Below are positions 29,084 to 38,334 of a stretch of DNA of 64,000 bases, in pieces. Source of the stretch: a bacterium (GTDB lineage: Bacteria; Patescibacteriota; Patescibacteriia; UBA10025); the NCBI GenBank assembly GCA_021815445.1, contig JAKAGM010000001.1:154910-218909 (forward strand), written 5' to 3'. A program made the translations under genes and the position numbers. The notes beneath the pieces were generated by a model. The model was not told the DNA's origin and did no database searches. It saw only the letters and a program-made list of their open reading frames with translations. Every line of letters begins with the position of its first letter. Position 1 is the first letter of the stretch.

Positions 29084-29713
29084 ATGGACGCGTACGTACA
29101 ATTTAAATGGAAATACAACCTCATCCGTCTTGGTTTTTTAGGATGGATGGTTTTTGAACTCCTCAACTGGGTAAAGATTTTACATTTTTCTCTTGATTTT
29201 TCATGGGCGGGATTACTGCTCACTGTCAGCTGGATTTGGGGAAGCATTGAATTCGCGTCATGGAAGCTCAGAAAATCAGGAATGGAGTCTTTGCCATGGG
29301 CAGCGTACCTCATAGGATTGGTCGGTACAAGCTGGGACGCATTTGGCGATGTAGCCCACCTATATTCGAGTGTGATGTATTATGACAAATATGCTCATTT
29401 TTTCGGCGGAGGTTCTGCTGCCATCGTGAGTTTATTTATTTTGTGGCGCTTGGTGCAAGGAGGAAAAATACTTCTCGATCCGCGGATGATGGGATTCTTT
29501 GCAATTTGTATGGCCAATTTTCTCGGGATCCTGTATGAACTTGAAGAGTATTCAGAATCTTACTTTTTTCATAACAATAGAATGGGGGACGCGTTCGATA
29601 CATCCACCGATGTGATAAATAATTTCCTGGGCGCTGCGGTAATGGTGGTAATAGCACTCATAGTACTCAGGAAAAAAAAGAATTCGGAGAGCGCTCATCT
29701 GACTGCCGTATAA
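29084..29713 (+). CDS. DUF2238-like membrane protein
   Basis: YDKYAHFFGG, YELEEY, DTSTD motifs; multi-TM. Confidence 0.7.
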   Translation: MDAYVQFKWKYNLIRLGFLGWMVFELLNWVKILHFSLDFSWAGLLLTVSWIWGSIEFASWKLRKSGMESLPWAAYLIGLVGTSWDAFGDVAHLYSSVMYYDKYAHFFGGGSAAIVSLFILWRLVQGGKILLDPRMMGFFAICMANFLGILYELEEYSESYFFHNNRMGDAFDTSTDVINNFLGAAVMVVIALIVLRKKKNSESAHLTAV

Positions 29714-29716
29714 TTT

Positions 29717-30394
29717 ATGTTACGGAATGTGTTCATCAATATCATCCGTCTCGGTTTCCTGGTCTTGGTATCTTTCGAGGTGCTTGGCCTCACACGCATT
29801 GTTCAAGTTGATAGTCCCTACTCCTGGCTTGGATTTATAATCACCGGTTGTTTTATCTGGCTTTCTCTGGAGATTGTTTCTTCTCGCCTAAAAAAGTCAG
29901 GCTTGGAGCAGCTGTCACCTGCGATGTATCTCATCGGTCTCATTGGCAGCTACTTAAATCTTTTTGGCATTTTGACAGGGCTTTTTACGCGCTATGGCTG
30001 GTATGACCAGGTCATCCACGGCTTTGGGGGCGCCGCCGCGGCATTGGTTTTTTGCTCCGTTTTCTCTAAACTGCAAATTGCGCGGAAGATATCCGTCGGT
30101 CCGCGTCTTCTCGGCTTTTTCACATTTTGCTCGACTATGCTGCTAAGTTCTCTCTATACGACCGAAGAGTTCCTCGAAACAAAGATTTTTCATGACGGAC
30201 GCATGGGCTCAGGGATTATAGGAGGATTTCACGCCGATAATCATTTTCTATGGAATGCCATTGGGGCTGCTCTCGTTGCGTTTGTTTCAGCTGTTGTCAT
30301 AAGAAGGCGTGAAAATTCGCTTTCCTACTCCAAAAAGTCTCTTTCTCTGCGCCGGGGCTCTTCTCAACTGACGAGAGATCCGGTCAAATCCTGA
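29717..30394 (+). CDS. DUF2238-like membrane protein, diverged tandem paralogue
   Basis: Aligns by eye with the previous ORF (IIRLGFL, YDQVIHGFGG, EEF, RMG). Confidence 0.7.
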   Translation: MLRNVFINIIRLGFLVLVSFEVLGLTRIVQVDSPYSWLGFIITGCFIWLSLEIVSSRLKKSGLEQLSPAMYLIGLIGSYLNLFGILTGLFTRYGWYDQVIHGFGGAAAALVFCSVFSKLQIARKISVGPRLLGFFTFCSTMLLSSLYTTEEFLETKIFHDGRMGSGIIGGFHADNHFLWNAIGAALVAFVSAVVIRRRENSLSYSKKSLSLRRGSSQLTRDPVKS

Positions 30395-30554
30395 CCGTAT
30401 CAGGTAAATATTACCCCGCAGGCATCTTGAAATTTTTTCAAACTTATTTGGTAGTATTGCGCTTTTCTTGATACCACCTTATACTATAAGGGTGTTGATA
30501 AGTCGACACTTTCGAAATCTGCATACATCTTTGATCGAAAAGGAGGTGATTCGA

Positions 30555-30623
30555 ATGGCAAAAAAGAAAGCGAAGAAACGGAAGGTTGCAAAACGGAAGA
30601 CTGCAAAGAAACGCAGGAGATAA
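30555..30623 (+). CDS. 22-aa Lys/Arg-rich small protein MAKKKAKKRKVAKRKTAKKRRR
   Basis: AAAGGAGGTGA SD 6 nt upstream; terminator downstream; below ORF cutoff. Confidence 0.75.
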   Translation: MAKKKAKKRKVAKRKTAKKRRR

Positions 30624-30638
30624 ATAATATTTACAGCA

Positions 30639-30678
30639 GGAGCTCCTCCATGTTTTTATGGGGAGCTTTTGTTTTTTG
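30639..30678 (+). terminator. Intrinsic terminator after the small basic peptide
   Basis: AGCTCC..CAT/ATG..GGAGCT stem followed by T runs. Confidence 0.65.
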
Positions 30679-30737
30679 ACGGGGCGTGAGTCGCATTCTA
30701 TACTGACTTCAGTGTGCAGGGATATTGTATTCACCAT

Positions 30738-31661
30738 ATGAACAGACAAACCTATCTTGGCATCAGTTTGGCGCTCGGTACGGCGGTTATTTCCGGCGCA
30801 TCGAATTTTATTGCGAAGATTGGAGTTACCGTCGTGAATAATGGCGTTGTGTTTACCGCACTTAAAAATTCTCTTGTCGCCGGTGCGCTCATCGGCATTA
30901 TCCTGCTCCTGAAACGCCTGCCAGAGCTCAGGAAGCTTTCTCACAAAGACTGGGCGAAACTGGCCGCAATCGGCGTTGTCGGAGGCGGAGTTCCGTTCGT
31001 TCTATTTTTTACGGGATTGACGCATACGACAGCTCTAACTGCAGGGGTTATTCATAAAACACTGTTTTTTTGGGTAGCGTTGCTTGCCGCTCGTTTTTTG
31101 AAAGAGCGGATTGGCCGGGCCCAGACGGTTGCATTCTTTTTTCTCATTGGCGGTAATTTCGTACTCGGCGGTCTTCGGGGATTGACGTTCGGAGCAGGCG
31201 AGCGGATGATTTTGGCGGCGACAATATTTTGGGCGATTGAAAATGTCATTGCAAAACGTGCGCTTAATAACATTCCCAGTCTTGTTGTCGCCGGAGCGCG
31301 GATGACATTCGGGTCCGTCATACTGTTTGCCGTCGTGGGGCTCCAGGGAAATTTCCATCTCATCGGATCATTGGATGCTCGGCAATGGCTGTGGACGCTT
31401 ATTCCGTCCGCGCTGTTGCTTGGGTACGTACTTACCTGGTACTCGGCGCTCAGACGCCTGTCCGCCACTTTTGCAACGTGCCTGTTGGTGCCGGCAACAT
31501 TTGTGACTGGTTTACTATCGCAGGTATTTCTCGACAAGTCTCTTACCGCGAACGACTTAATGAGCGGTGCGGTTGTCCTCGCCGCATGCGGAGTCCTTAT
31601 GTATGGCGCTTATCATTCGACGAAATATGCAGTCCCAAGCTCGCAGCGCGCGGATGCTTGA
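30738..31661 (+). CDS. DMT/EamA family transporter
   Basis: About 10 TMs, FLKERI motif, duplicated EamA halves. Confidence 0.88.
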   Translation: MNRQTYLGISLALGTAVISGASNFIAKIGVTVVNNGVVFTALKNSLVAGALIGIILLLKRLPELRKLSHKDWAKLAAIGVVGGGVPFVLFFTGLTHTTALTAGVIHKTLFFWVALLAARFLKERIGRAQTVAFFFLIGGNFVLGGLRGLTFGAGERMILAATIFWAIENVIAKRALNNIPSLVVAGARMTFGSVILFAVVGLQGNFHLIGSLDARQWLWTLIPSALLLGYVLTWYSALRRLSATFATCLLVPATFVTGLLSQVFLDKSLTANDLMSGAVVLAACGVLMYGAYHSTKYAVPSSQRADA

Positions 31662-32388
31662 CGGCGTCGCTCGCTGTAGCCGATACGCATTTGGGCCGAA
31701 TAAACTGAGAATGTGCGGACCTGATGCAAATCGGGAACTTTCCGCGTATATGCGGGAGGAAGTGAGCGATGACGGGCTCACCCACATCCTGTCCCAGTTC
31801 AAAACGCTGTATCCATACCTGCGGTCAATAGCTGAGGCGAACCGCATCCGTGACCCCTTCGATCCGCGTGTCGTCGAGGCGTATTGGATTGGCAACGAAC
31901 TTCTCGAATCAATTACGCAAAAAACATTTTACACGCACCTGACGGACGCGCTTCATCTCAAGAATAAGACTTCAACCCGGGATTTCGATGAACTCGCGCA
32001 GAAACTTCCTCAGGGTGCGCGCATGCACCACTCGTTCCATGTTTTTAACGTGTATAAGCGTACCGGCAACCTCGAAATCCTCCATTCTCTCGAGAGCATG
32101 GACGCGTGCAGGATCAGCTGGGGACATGTTACGCGCGTTGACGGCCCGCGGGTGTTTATCGACAGGAAACCCCTTATGCTTGACGGCCACAGGTTATTCC
32201 TCGGAAAGTGCGAAGAGTACGAAATAAAGCGACAGTTAGATGTTGATGATATTCTTGATGAGGTCGAGGTTGGCGATTGGATAACGCTCCACTGGTACCG
32301 TCCGTGCGAGATTGTGTCAGCGCAGCATATACGCTGGCTTGAGCTCTATACGCAAAAGCACATTGCTCTTGCGAACCAGACGCTATAA
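31654..32388 (+). CDS. DUF6390 family protein (hydrogenase-cluster associated)
   Basis: RYAFGPNKLRMCGP, YPYLRSIA, VVEAYWIGNELL, HHSFHV, CRISWG, LHW. Confidence 0.8.
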   Translation: MLDGVARCSRYAFGPNKLRMCGPDANRELSAYMREEVSDDGLTHILSQFKTLYPYLRSIAEANRIRDPFDPRVVEAYWIGNELLESITQKTFYTHLTDALHLKNKTSTRDFDELAQKLPQGARMHHSFHVFNVYKRTGNLEILHSLESMDACRISWGHVTRVDGPRVFIDRKPLMLDGHRLFLGKCEEYEIKRQLDVDDILDEVEVGDWITLHWYRPCEIVSAQHIRWLELYTQKHIALANQTL

Positions 32389-32392
32389 GGAT

Positions 32393-32770
32393 ATGGAAGT
32401 GTGGATTTTCGGCAACCCTGACCTTCCTGAGGACTCGCTCCCGATACGGCTTCACTCAGAACTCATGAAACGCTTCCCTGCGCTGAGTTTTCGAATTCTC
32501 GATCCCTTGGATGAGTGGCAAATTCCAGACAAACTTGAGATGATAGATACGGTCCGGGGCATCGACCATGTTCGCGCTTTCACATCGCTCGATGAATTCG
32601 AAGGTTCGCCTCACGTGACCATGCACGATTTCGACCTCGGGATGCAGCTTCGTTTTTTGGCAAAACTCAAAAAACTTCCTCCGTTCATAATGTACGGGGT
32701 GCCCGATACTTTTTCAGTCGGCCAAGCGCTTCGCGAACTTACGCCGATGCTCGATCAACGCGCAAGGTAA
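32393..32770 (+). CDS. Hydrogenase maturation protease-like protein (HybD/HycI fold, short)
   Basis: FGNPDLPEDS, IDTV, TMHDFDL motifs; adjacent to the hydrogenase large subunit. Confidence 0.65.
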   Translation: MEVWIFGNPDLPEDSLPIRLHSELMKRFPALSFRILDPLDEWQIPDKLEMIDTVRGIDHVRAFTSLDEFEGSPHVTMHDFDLGMQLRFLAKLKKLPPFIMYGVPDTFSVGQALRELTPMLDQRAR

Positions 32771-34043
32771 GGAAGTGTGACGCGCAACTCATGCAGGGAT
32801 CATATGCCCGTATGAGTTTTTCGAGCTCGAGCTGGAGCGTTTCCTCGGACGGGCCGGACGGGAGGAGCTCCTCGACGCGGCGAGCCATGTCCTGCTCGAT
32901 GTTAATCTGATTCTGGCCCGTCGGCACGACTATTTCGCCTTCAATGACGTTGCCGTCTTTGCCGATGGAAACTTTGTGATAGAGCGTACCGCGGGGAGCT
33001 TCGATCACTCCGATGCCGGTTCCCTCGGTTCGTGACGGCGCGACAATCTTTTCCGGTACAAACGTATAGTGCTCGAGGATATCGAGAGAATCATCGACGC
33101 AATGCAAGAGCTCGATAGCCTGGGCGAGGTTATTATGGAAAATGTTGGTCGAGGGAAAGCGATTGAGCGTCTGCGGGATACTCGCGCGGGTTTTTACGTG
33201 GAGTGTATCTTTTGCGAGATTGATGCGAGCGAGCGCGCCCACCATGAACGATTTCCCTTTAAAGGCGTACCCGGAAGCGTGTGAATAGGGGATAATGACA
33301 TGCTCAAGGTGGCTGCGGTAATCAGTTTCACGGATGAAATCGCCGGCATCACTTACAATATTCCCTTCGAGGTAATTGAACGGATTTGCGACAAGCGCCA
33401 TAAACTTAGTTTTTCTGTCAAACGCGTAATCGGATTTTTCGAACCGTTCAATTGTTCGGAGGACAGCGGGACGGATTTCACGAAGTTTGGCGACCGCTTG
33501 TTTGATCTCTTCTGGCTTTGGAATCTTAAAAAATCCGCCGATGGTCGGATTCACGGCATGTACGCTCCTTCCCGCTATGATGATTGAGAGGTAATTTCCC
33601 GCTGCCTTAATATCGAACGCATCGTGAAGTATCTGGTGCTGGACGGGATCGTTTTCGTCAAACTCCAGAAACGAATCTTTGCCGTACATGTCGGGCATGG
33701 CAAAAAGGTAAAGGTGGAGGGCGTGGTCGCGAATGTTCAACCCGTACATCGTCAGTTTCTTCATGATCTGTGATTGCGGCGACGGTGCAATACCCAGCGC
33801 ATGTTCACAAGCTTCGATGCTGCAAATGAGGTGGGCGTTTGAACAGGTGCCGCAAATGCGCGCAAGGAGAGTCGGAAGCATCCGGTATGGTTTGCCTCGC
33901 ATTGCCTGGGTGTAAAAACGTTTGAACTCAGTGATCCCGAATCTGCAGTGCTCAACCTTTCCTTTTGTAATTTTCACGTCGAGAGTGGCCGCGCCCTCGA
34001 CCTTGGTAATTTCTTTTGTCAGAGAGAGGTCTACCTGGTGCAT
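32739..34043 (-). CDS. NiFe hydrogenase large subunit, group 3b-related
   Basis: TKVEG, L1 RICGTCSNAH, EAPRGTLYH, L2 RAYDPCMSCASH plus 11-aa C-terminal extension. Confidence 0.92.
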   Translation of the reverse strand: MHQVDLSLTKEITKVEGAATLDVKITKGKVEHCRFGITEFKRFYTQAMRGKPYRMLPTLLARICGTCSNAHLICSIEACEHALGIAPSPQSQIMKKLTMYGLNIRDHALHLYLFAMPDMYGKDSFLEFDENDPVQHQILHDAFDIKAAGNYLSIIIAGRSVHAVNPTIGGFFKIPKPEEIKQAVAKLREIRPAVLRTIERFEKSDYAFDRKTKFMALVANPFNYLEGNIVSDAGDFIRETDYRSHLEHVIIPYSHASGYAFKGKSFMVGALARINLAKDTLHVKTRASIPQTLNRFPSTNIFHNNLAQAIELLHCVDDSLDILEHYTFVPEKIVAPSRTEGTGIGVIEAPRGTLYHKVSIGKDGNVIEGEIVVPTGQNQINIEQDMARRVEELLPSGPSEETLQLELEKLIRAYDPCMSCASHFLTLRVDRASA

Positions 34044-34048
34044 AGATA

Positions 34049-34564
34049 TTAAACAATATGAAATTCTTTCAACAGACCCGTGAGAACGCTCATGAAGGTG
34101 GCTTCATTCATCGGGCAGCCCGGCACGTTGATGTCGACGGTAATGACCTCGGAAAGTTTCTGTGCCTTCGGCAGGTACGCGAAACGTTCGAGAACGGGCT
34201 GTATTTCCTTAAGTCTCCCGGGATCAAACTGGTTTCGCTGCGTTGAGGGTAGTCCTATCACTGCACAGGCCCCGATAGCGACAACCTTGTGTGATTTTTT
34301 TCTGATCTCTTTCACCCGATCCACATGGTTTTTTGATGAAAGCGCGCCCTCAATAAATGCCACATCCAGCTCGTCCAGGATGTTATGCGACTGCAGGACC
34401 CTTGCGTGGCGAATGTCCAATACTCGTTTCCATTCCTGCCAATGTTCGTTCATCAGCTCGGTAAAAAGGATAGTACTGTCCTCGCAGCAGCTGAACGTAA
34501 ACCAGCCTATACGCAGTTTTTTTACTGATTTTCCACCTAATGAATTATTCGGCTGGTTATGCAT
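34049..34564 (-). CDS. Hydrogenase small subunit / NuoB-like protein, proximal-cluster domain only
   Basis: FSCCEDS, FIEGA, AIGACA, VPGCP; 171 aa, no medial or distal cluster domain. Confidence 0.85.
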   Translation of the reverse strand: MHNQPNNSLGGKSVKKLRIGWFTFSCCEDSTILFTELMNEHWQEWKRVLDIRHARVLQSHNILDELDVAFIEGALSSKNHVDRVKEIRKKSHKVVAIGACAVIGLPSTQRNQFDPGRLKEIQPVLERFAYLPKAQKLSEVITVDINVPGCPMNEATFMSVLTGLLKEFHIV

Positions 34565-34729
34565 AGATTGCGAACTCTACACAACAGTATAGCAAAAAAA
34601 ACTGTAGCAAACCACGATGTTTACAAAAGCACTCGAATCCAAAAAAGTACTCGCATTGATGGTTTTTTGAAGGCGGAATTGACCCGGAAGGCAAGATGTG
34701 CTAGAGTATACATGAAACTTTTTAGTATT

Positions 34730-35149
34730 ATGAAGCAGAGAATGAACCAGGAGGCGCTGGTGCGCCGGATGTTGAAGTCTCGCCTCGTCCTTGGTATAGA
34801 GGTGCTGTTGCTGGTTTTAATCAGCGTAGCGCTCGGTAAAGAAGTAGTGCAACGGTATACTGTCGACAGGCAAATCACCCAGCTTAAAAACGAGTATAGG
34901 GATCTCCAGAAGAATACTGTTGATTTGCAGAAGCTTATTTCCTATTTTCAAAGTGCGTCATTTCAAGAAGAACAAGCGCGCACTAAACTGGGACTGAAAA
35001 AACAGGGAGAGGAAGTCATCTTGCTGCCGAAGACAGAGAACCAGGCAGAAGTGACAAGCGACAGCGCCGAATCCGGCCTGGCCAGTCAGCAGACACTGGG
35101 TAATCCCCAACGCTGGTGGAATTTCTTCTTTACCCCAAAAACATCTTAA
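34730..35149 (+). CDS. Septum formation initiator (FtsB/DivIC family)
   Basis: TM, coiled coil, EEQARTKLGLKKQGE motif; start uncertain. Confidence 0.85.
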   Translation: MKQRMNQEALVRRMLKSRLVLGIEVLLLVLISVALGKEVVQRYTVDRQITQLKNEYRDLQKNTVDLQKLISYFQSASFQEEQARTKLGLKKQGEEVILLPKTENQAEVTSDSAESGLASQQTLGNPQRWWNFFFTPKTS

Positions 35150-35181
35150 CCTTATTTAATTTGACTAGTTTATACCATACT

Positions 35182-36432
35182 ATGCCGCTCAAAAAAAGAT
35201 CTGTTCAGAGTGAAAGCGAAGACGAGCTCTCCCGGGATCAGGCAGCGCCTTCCCACGGGGCCAAACGCATTAAACACATTGGGCAGCCGCCAGCGCCGGA
35301 TTCCTCACGAAATGAGGTCTTGAAGGTCCTTACTGTCGATCAGCAGTCTGACACGGGTTCGCCTGAGGTCGTGAAGCATCTGTCCCAACCTGAACCTGTC
35401 AAAGAGAAAAAGAAAAAGACTCACGGTCCCGTGTGGTATAGCGTTGCGGTGGTTATTGCCGTCATTGTTATCGTTCTACTGGGCCTTGTGGTTGTGGGAA
35501 TCGGCGTCTATCAGAAGAATTGGCAGCAACCCATTGCCCTTAAGATTGCAAAACTTTTTTCTTTTCCAGCGGCAATGGTCGATAATCACTTAATCCCATT
35601 CTCGAACTATAATGACGATCTGCATACGCTAGATCATTACTATAAGGCCCAAAAAGCTGCCACACCGACTGGCTTTACTATGCCGGATCGCGCACAACTG
35701 CAAAAGACAATCCTCCAAAGGGCAATAGAGGACCATTTTGTCGCGCAGTTAGCGGGGACATACGGAGTGACGGTAACAAGTGCTGAGATAGACAAAGAGT
35801 TTCAGGCCATTCTCGATCAGGCGCAGGACAAAAACCAGGTTACAGACACGCTCAGGACTCTGTATGACTGGACACCGGAGCAGTTTAAGACCAAGGTCCT
35901 TAAGCCGTATATCGAGAGGACGAAGCTTCAAGACAAAATTTCGACGTCAAAGGATCTCAATCAGGACGCGTTGAAACGGGCGCAGGATGTTCTCGCACAA
36001 GTCAAAGAAGGCAAGAAATCGTTCGAAGACCTGGCGAAGCAGTATAGCGAGGATACCAGTACGGCTCCATCAGGCGGAGATCTCGGTCTCTTCGGCAAAG
36101 GTGAGATGGTGCAGGCGTTTGAAGATGCCGCTTTTGCGCTCAAAGCCGGAGAAGTTTCCGGCATAGTTACCACCCAGTATGGCTACCATATTATCAAGGT
36201 GCTCGAGATTATCCCGGCGGACAAAAATGCCGCGGGAAAGGGTGAGACGATCCATGCCGAGCATATTTTAATCAAAACCAAGGGAATCAGCGATCTCGTT
36301 GCCGAGGCAGAAAAAAAAGCCAAGATAAGGTTGTTTATTTCAGGTTTTAAGTGGGATTCTTCCTGTACAAGCGTTTTGCTCGATTCAGAAACATGCCAAA
36401 CAGCCCAACAGCTGCCCGCAAGCGCTCCGTAA
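35182..36432 (+). CDS. PrsA/SurA-type parvulin peptidyl-prolyl isomerase
   Basis: TM anchor, SurA-N region, FEDLAKQYSED...GGDLG...FEDAAFAL...YGYHIIK. Confidence 0.9.
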   Translation: MPLKKRSVQSESEDELSRDQAAPSHGAKRIKHIGQPPAPDSSRNEVLKVLTVDQQSDTGSPEVVKHLSQPEPVKEKKKKTHGPVWYSVAVVIAVIVIVLLGLVVVGIGVYQKNWQQPIALKIAKLFSFPAAMVDNHLIPFSNYNDDLHTLDHYYKAQKAATPTGFTMPDRAQLQKTILQRAIEDHFVAQLAGTYGVTVTSAEIDKEFQAILDQAQDKNQVTDTLRTLYDWTPEQFKTKVLKPYIERTKLQDKISTSKDLNQDALKRAQDVLAQVKEGKKSFEDLAKQYSEDTSTAPSGGDLGLFGKGEMVQAFEDAAFALKAGEVSGIVTTQYGYHIIKVLEIIPADKNAAGKGETIHAEHILIKTKGISDLVAEAEKKAKIRLFISGFKWDSSCTSVLLDSETCQTAQQLPASAP

Positions 36433-36555
36433 TTGACGGTAGGGTGCCGAACTCTTTAGGTTTTGCCACTGCTTGCCCGGCACCAACAAGCCGTCCCTGG
36501 ATCTTTGAGAGCATAAAGCGGGCGCTAGCTTCTCTGGCTGTTTTGATGTCTTACG

Positions 36556-36631
36556 TGGAGCCACCCGTCGGATTCGAACCGACGACCTCTGCTTTACGAA
36601 AGCATTGCTCTACCAGCTGAGCTAGGGTGGC
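36556..36631 (-). tRNA. tRNA-Thr(CGT)
   Basis: Reverse complement GCCACCCTAGCTCAGCTGGTAGAGC...TTCGTAA...GGTTCGAATCC...GGGTGGCTCCA. Confidence 0.95.
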
Positions 36632-36644
36632 ACGAGATTTCCTC

Positions 36645-36715
36645 AGCGGATAACGGGAGTCGGACCCGTACCTCAACCTTGGGAAGGTCGTGTACTACCG
36701 CTATACTATATCCGC
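36645..36715 (-). tRNA. tRNA-Gly(CCC)
   Basis: Reverse complement GCGGATA...CGACC-TTCCCAA-GGTTG...GGGTCCGACTCCC...TATCCGC; T-loop has TCC. Confidence 0.9.
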
Positions 36716-36759
36716 GCGTCAAATCGCATTCATCATAAGAATATTAACGGTAATCGTCA

Positions 36760-38334
36760 ATGAGTCAAGTCTCTCCTCACAATCTATCCCGATTGAAAAC
36801 TCTCTCGTTAAGTTTGACGGTTGTTGCTGCCTTTAGTCTTTTGTTTATTTTTCGTCCATTGAATGTGCATGCTGCAGATCCCGACTTGTTCGTAAAACTT
36901 GACCTGGCGACTGTTGCGAAAGGATATACCGCAGAAACTGCCGACCATGCACTGCGGGTGGGAATCTGGGCGAATGTTTTTAGCGATCCCGTTTCACTGA
37001 CACTCCAGCATGTCCCCGCATTTGATCGCCCGCTGCCCGAAGGCGCGCGGACTGCAAGCGACGAGTATGTATTTGATTTTTTGACTCTTGGAGAGCCGAA
37101 GGCGATTACTCCGACGAGGCCAATCACTATAGCTGTAAAGTATCAAGGTGACAATACGTGGAGAAAGGTTGTCAAATATTATGATGACATAAAAAAAACC
37201 TGGGTTACTTTACCCTCACAGACGGATTTTACCGGCGGGTACGTAAGAGCCTCGACGTCTTTGACCTTTCTTCGCCTGGCAGTTTTTGAGGAGGACGTGC
37301 TTCAGGAGGGCAGAGCGAGCTATTACACTCATCCGAATTATAAAAACAAGTTCATAGCGGCGAGCAGGGATTATGTCACCGGCACCAAACTGAGGATTGA
37401 AAACCTCGAGAACGGCACATCAACAGTCGTCACTGTCGTCGATTACGGGCCCAATAAAGCGAAGTTTCCCGATAGGATTGTTGATATCTCCAAGCCCGCT
37501 TTTGCCGCACTTGCACCGTTGTCGCGCGGCACTATCCCTGTGAGAGTAACTGTTGCACAGCCGGCAGTGCTCGGCGCTTCAATAACAGTCAAAGCCGCGC
37601 CGAAAGTATCAGCCAAGGCTGCAATAGCAGTAGATACCTCGACTGGCAACGTGCTTTTTTCAAAAAATGAAACGACCCCTTTGCCGATTGCAAGTCTCAC
37701 AAAGGTCATGACATCGATGGTTTTTCTTGAAACCGGGACTCCGTGGAACCGTGTCGTGACGTATCAAGCAAGCGATAATGCCATAGGCGCCAAGCTGTAT
37801 ATTTCACCGGGCGAGAAACTCACCGTCAAAGATCTGTTCAACTCAGGTCTTATCGGATCGGCAAATAACGCGATGAATGCGTTGGCGAGATCGACGGGCC
37901 TTTCACGGGCGCAATTTGTTTCGCGGATGAATGACAAGGCAAAAACACTCGGTCTTGCAAACACGCACTTCGTTGACGTCACCGGACTCGATCCGGCGAA
38001 CGTTTCCACAACGGCGGATTACGCAAAATTAGCGACCTACGCTTTTCAACATTTCCTAGAGTTCAAAACAACTGTGCGTTCTTCATACACATTTACCACC
38101 ATAAATACAGGCCATACGCATACAATCAAGAATCAAAATAAAATGATAAGTTCAGCGTGGGTCGTGACAGACACCAAGACCGGGTACCTCGATGAGGCGT
38201 TGTACAACCTCACGGTGAGGGCAAAAAAGAACGCATCAAGCTCTCCGGAGATACTGACAGTCGTTCTCGGCAGCCCTACCGATGCGTCGAGATATCAGGA
38301 TACCGACAATATCATAACGTATGCGCTTCAGTAA
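36760..38334 (+). CDS. RlpA-like double-psi barrel fused to peptidase S11 (D-Ala-D-Ala carboxy/endopeptidase)
   Basis: GRASYY...VVDYGP...RIVDISKPAF; then SLTK, SAN, KTG motifs. Confidence 0.85.
   Translation: MSQVSPHNLSRLKTLSLSLTVVAAFSLLFIFRPLNVHAADPDLFVKLDLATVAKGYTAETADHALRVGIWANVFSDPVSLTLQHVPAFDRPLPEGARTASDEYVFDFLTLGEPKAITPTRPITIAVKYQGDNTWRKVVKYYDDIKKTWVTLPSQTDFTGGYVRASTSLTFLRLAVFEEDVLQEGRASYYTHPNYKNKFIAASRDYVTGTKLRIENLENGTSTVVTVVDYGPNKAKFPDRIVDISKPAFAALAPLSRGTIPVRVTVAQPAVLGASITVKAAPKVSAKAAIAVDTSTGNVLFSKNETTPLPIASLTKVMTSMVFLETGTPWNRVVTYQASDNAIGAKLYISPGEKLTVKDLFNSGLIGSANNAMNALARSTGLSRAQFVSRMNDKAKTLGLANTHFVDVTGLDPANVSTTADYAKLATYAFQHFLEFKTTVRSSYTFTTINTGHTHTIKNQNKMISSAWVVTDTKTGYLDEALYNLTVRAKKNASSSPEILTVVLGSPTDASRYQDTDNIITYALQ

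Noticed and set aside
32739-34043. NiFeSe (selenocysteine) hydrogenase
   Set aside because: The L2 motif is DPCMSC with ordinary Cys codons
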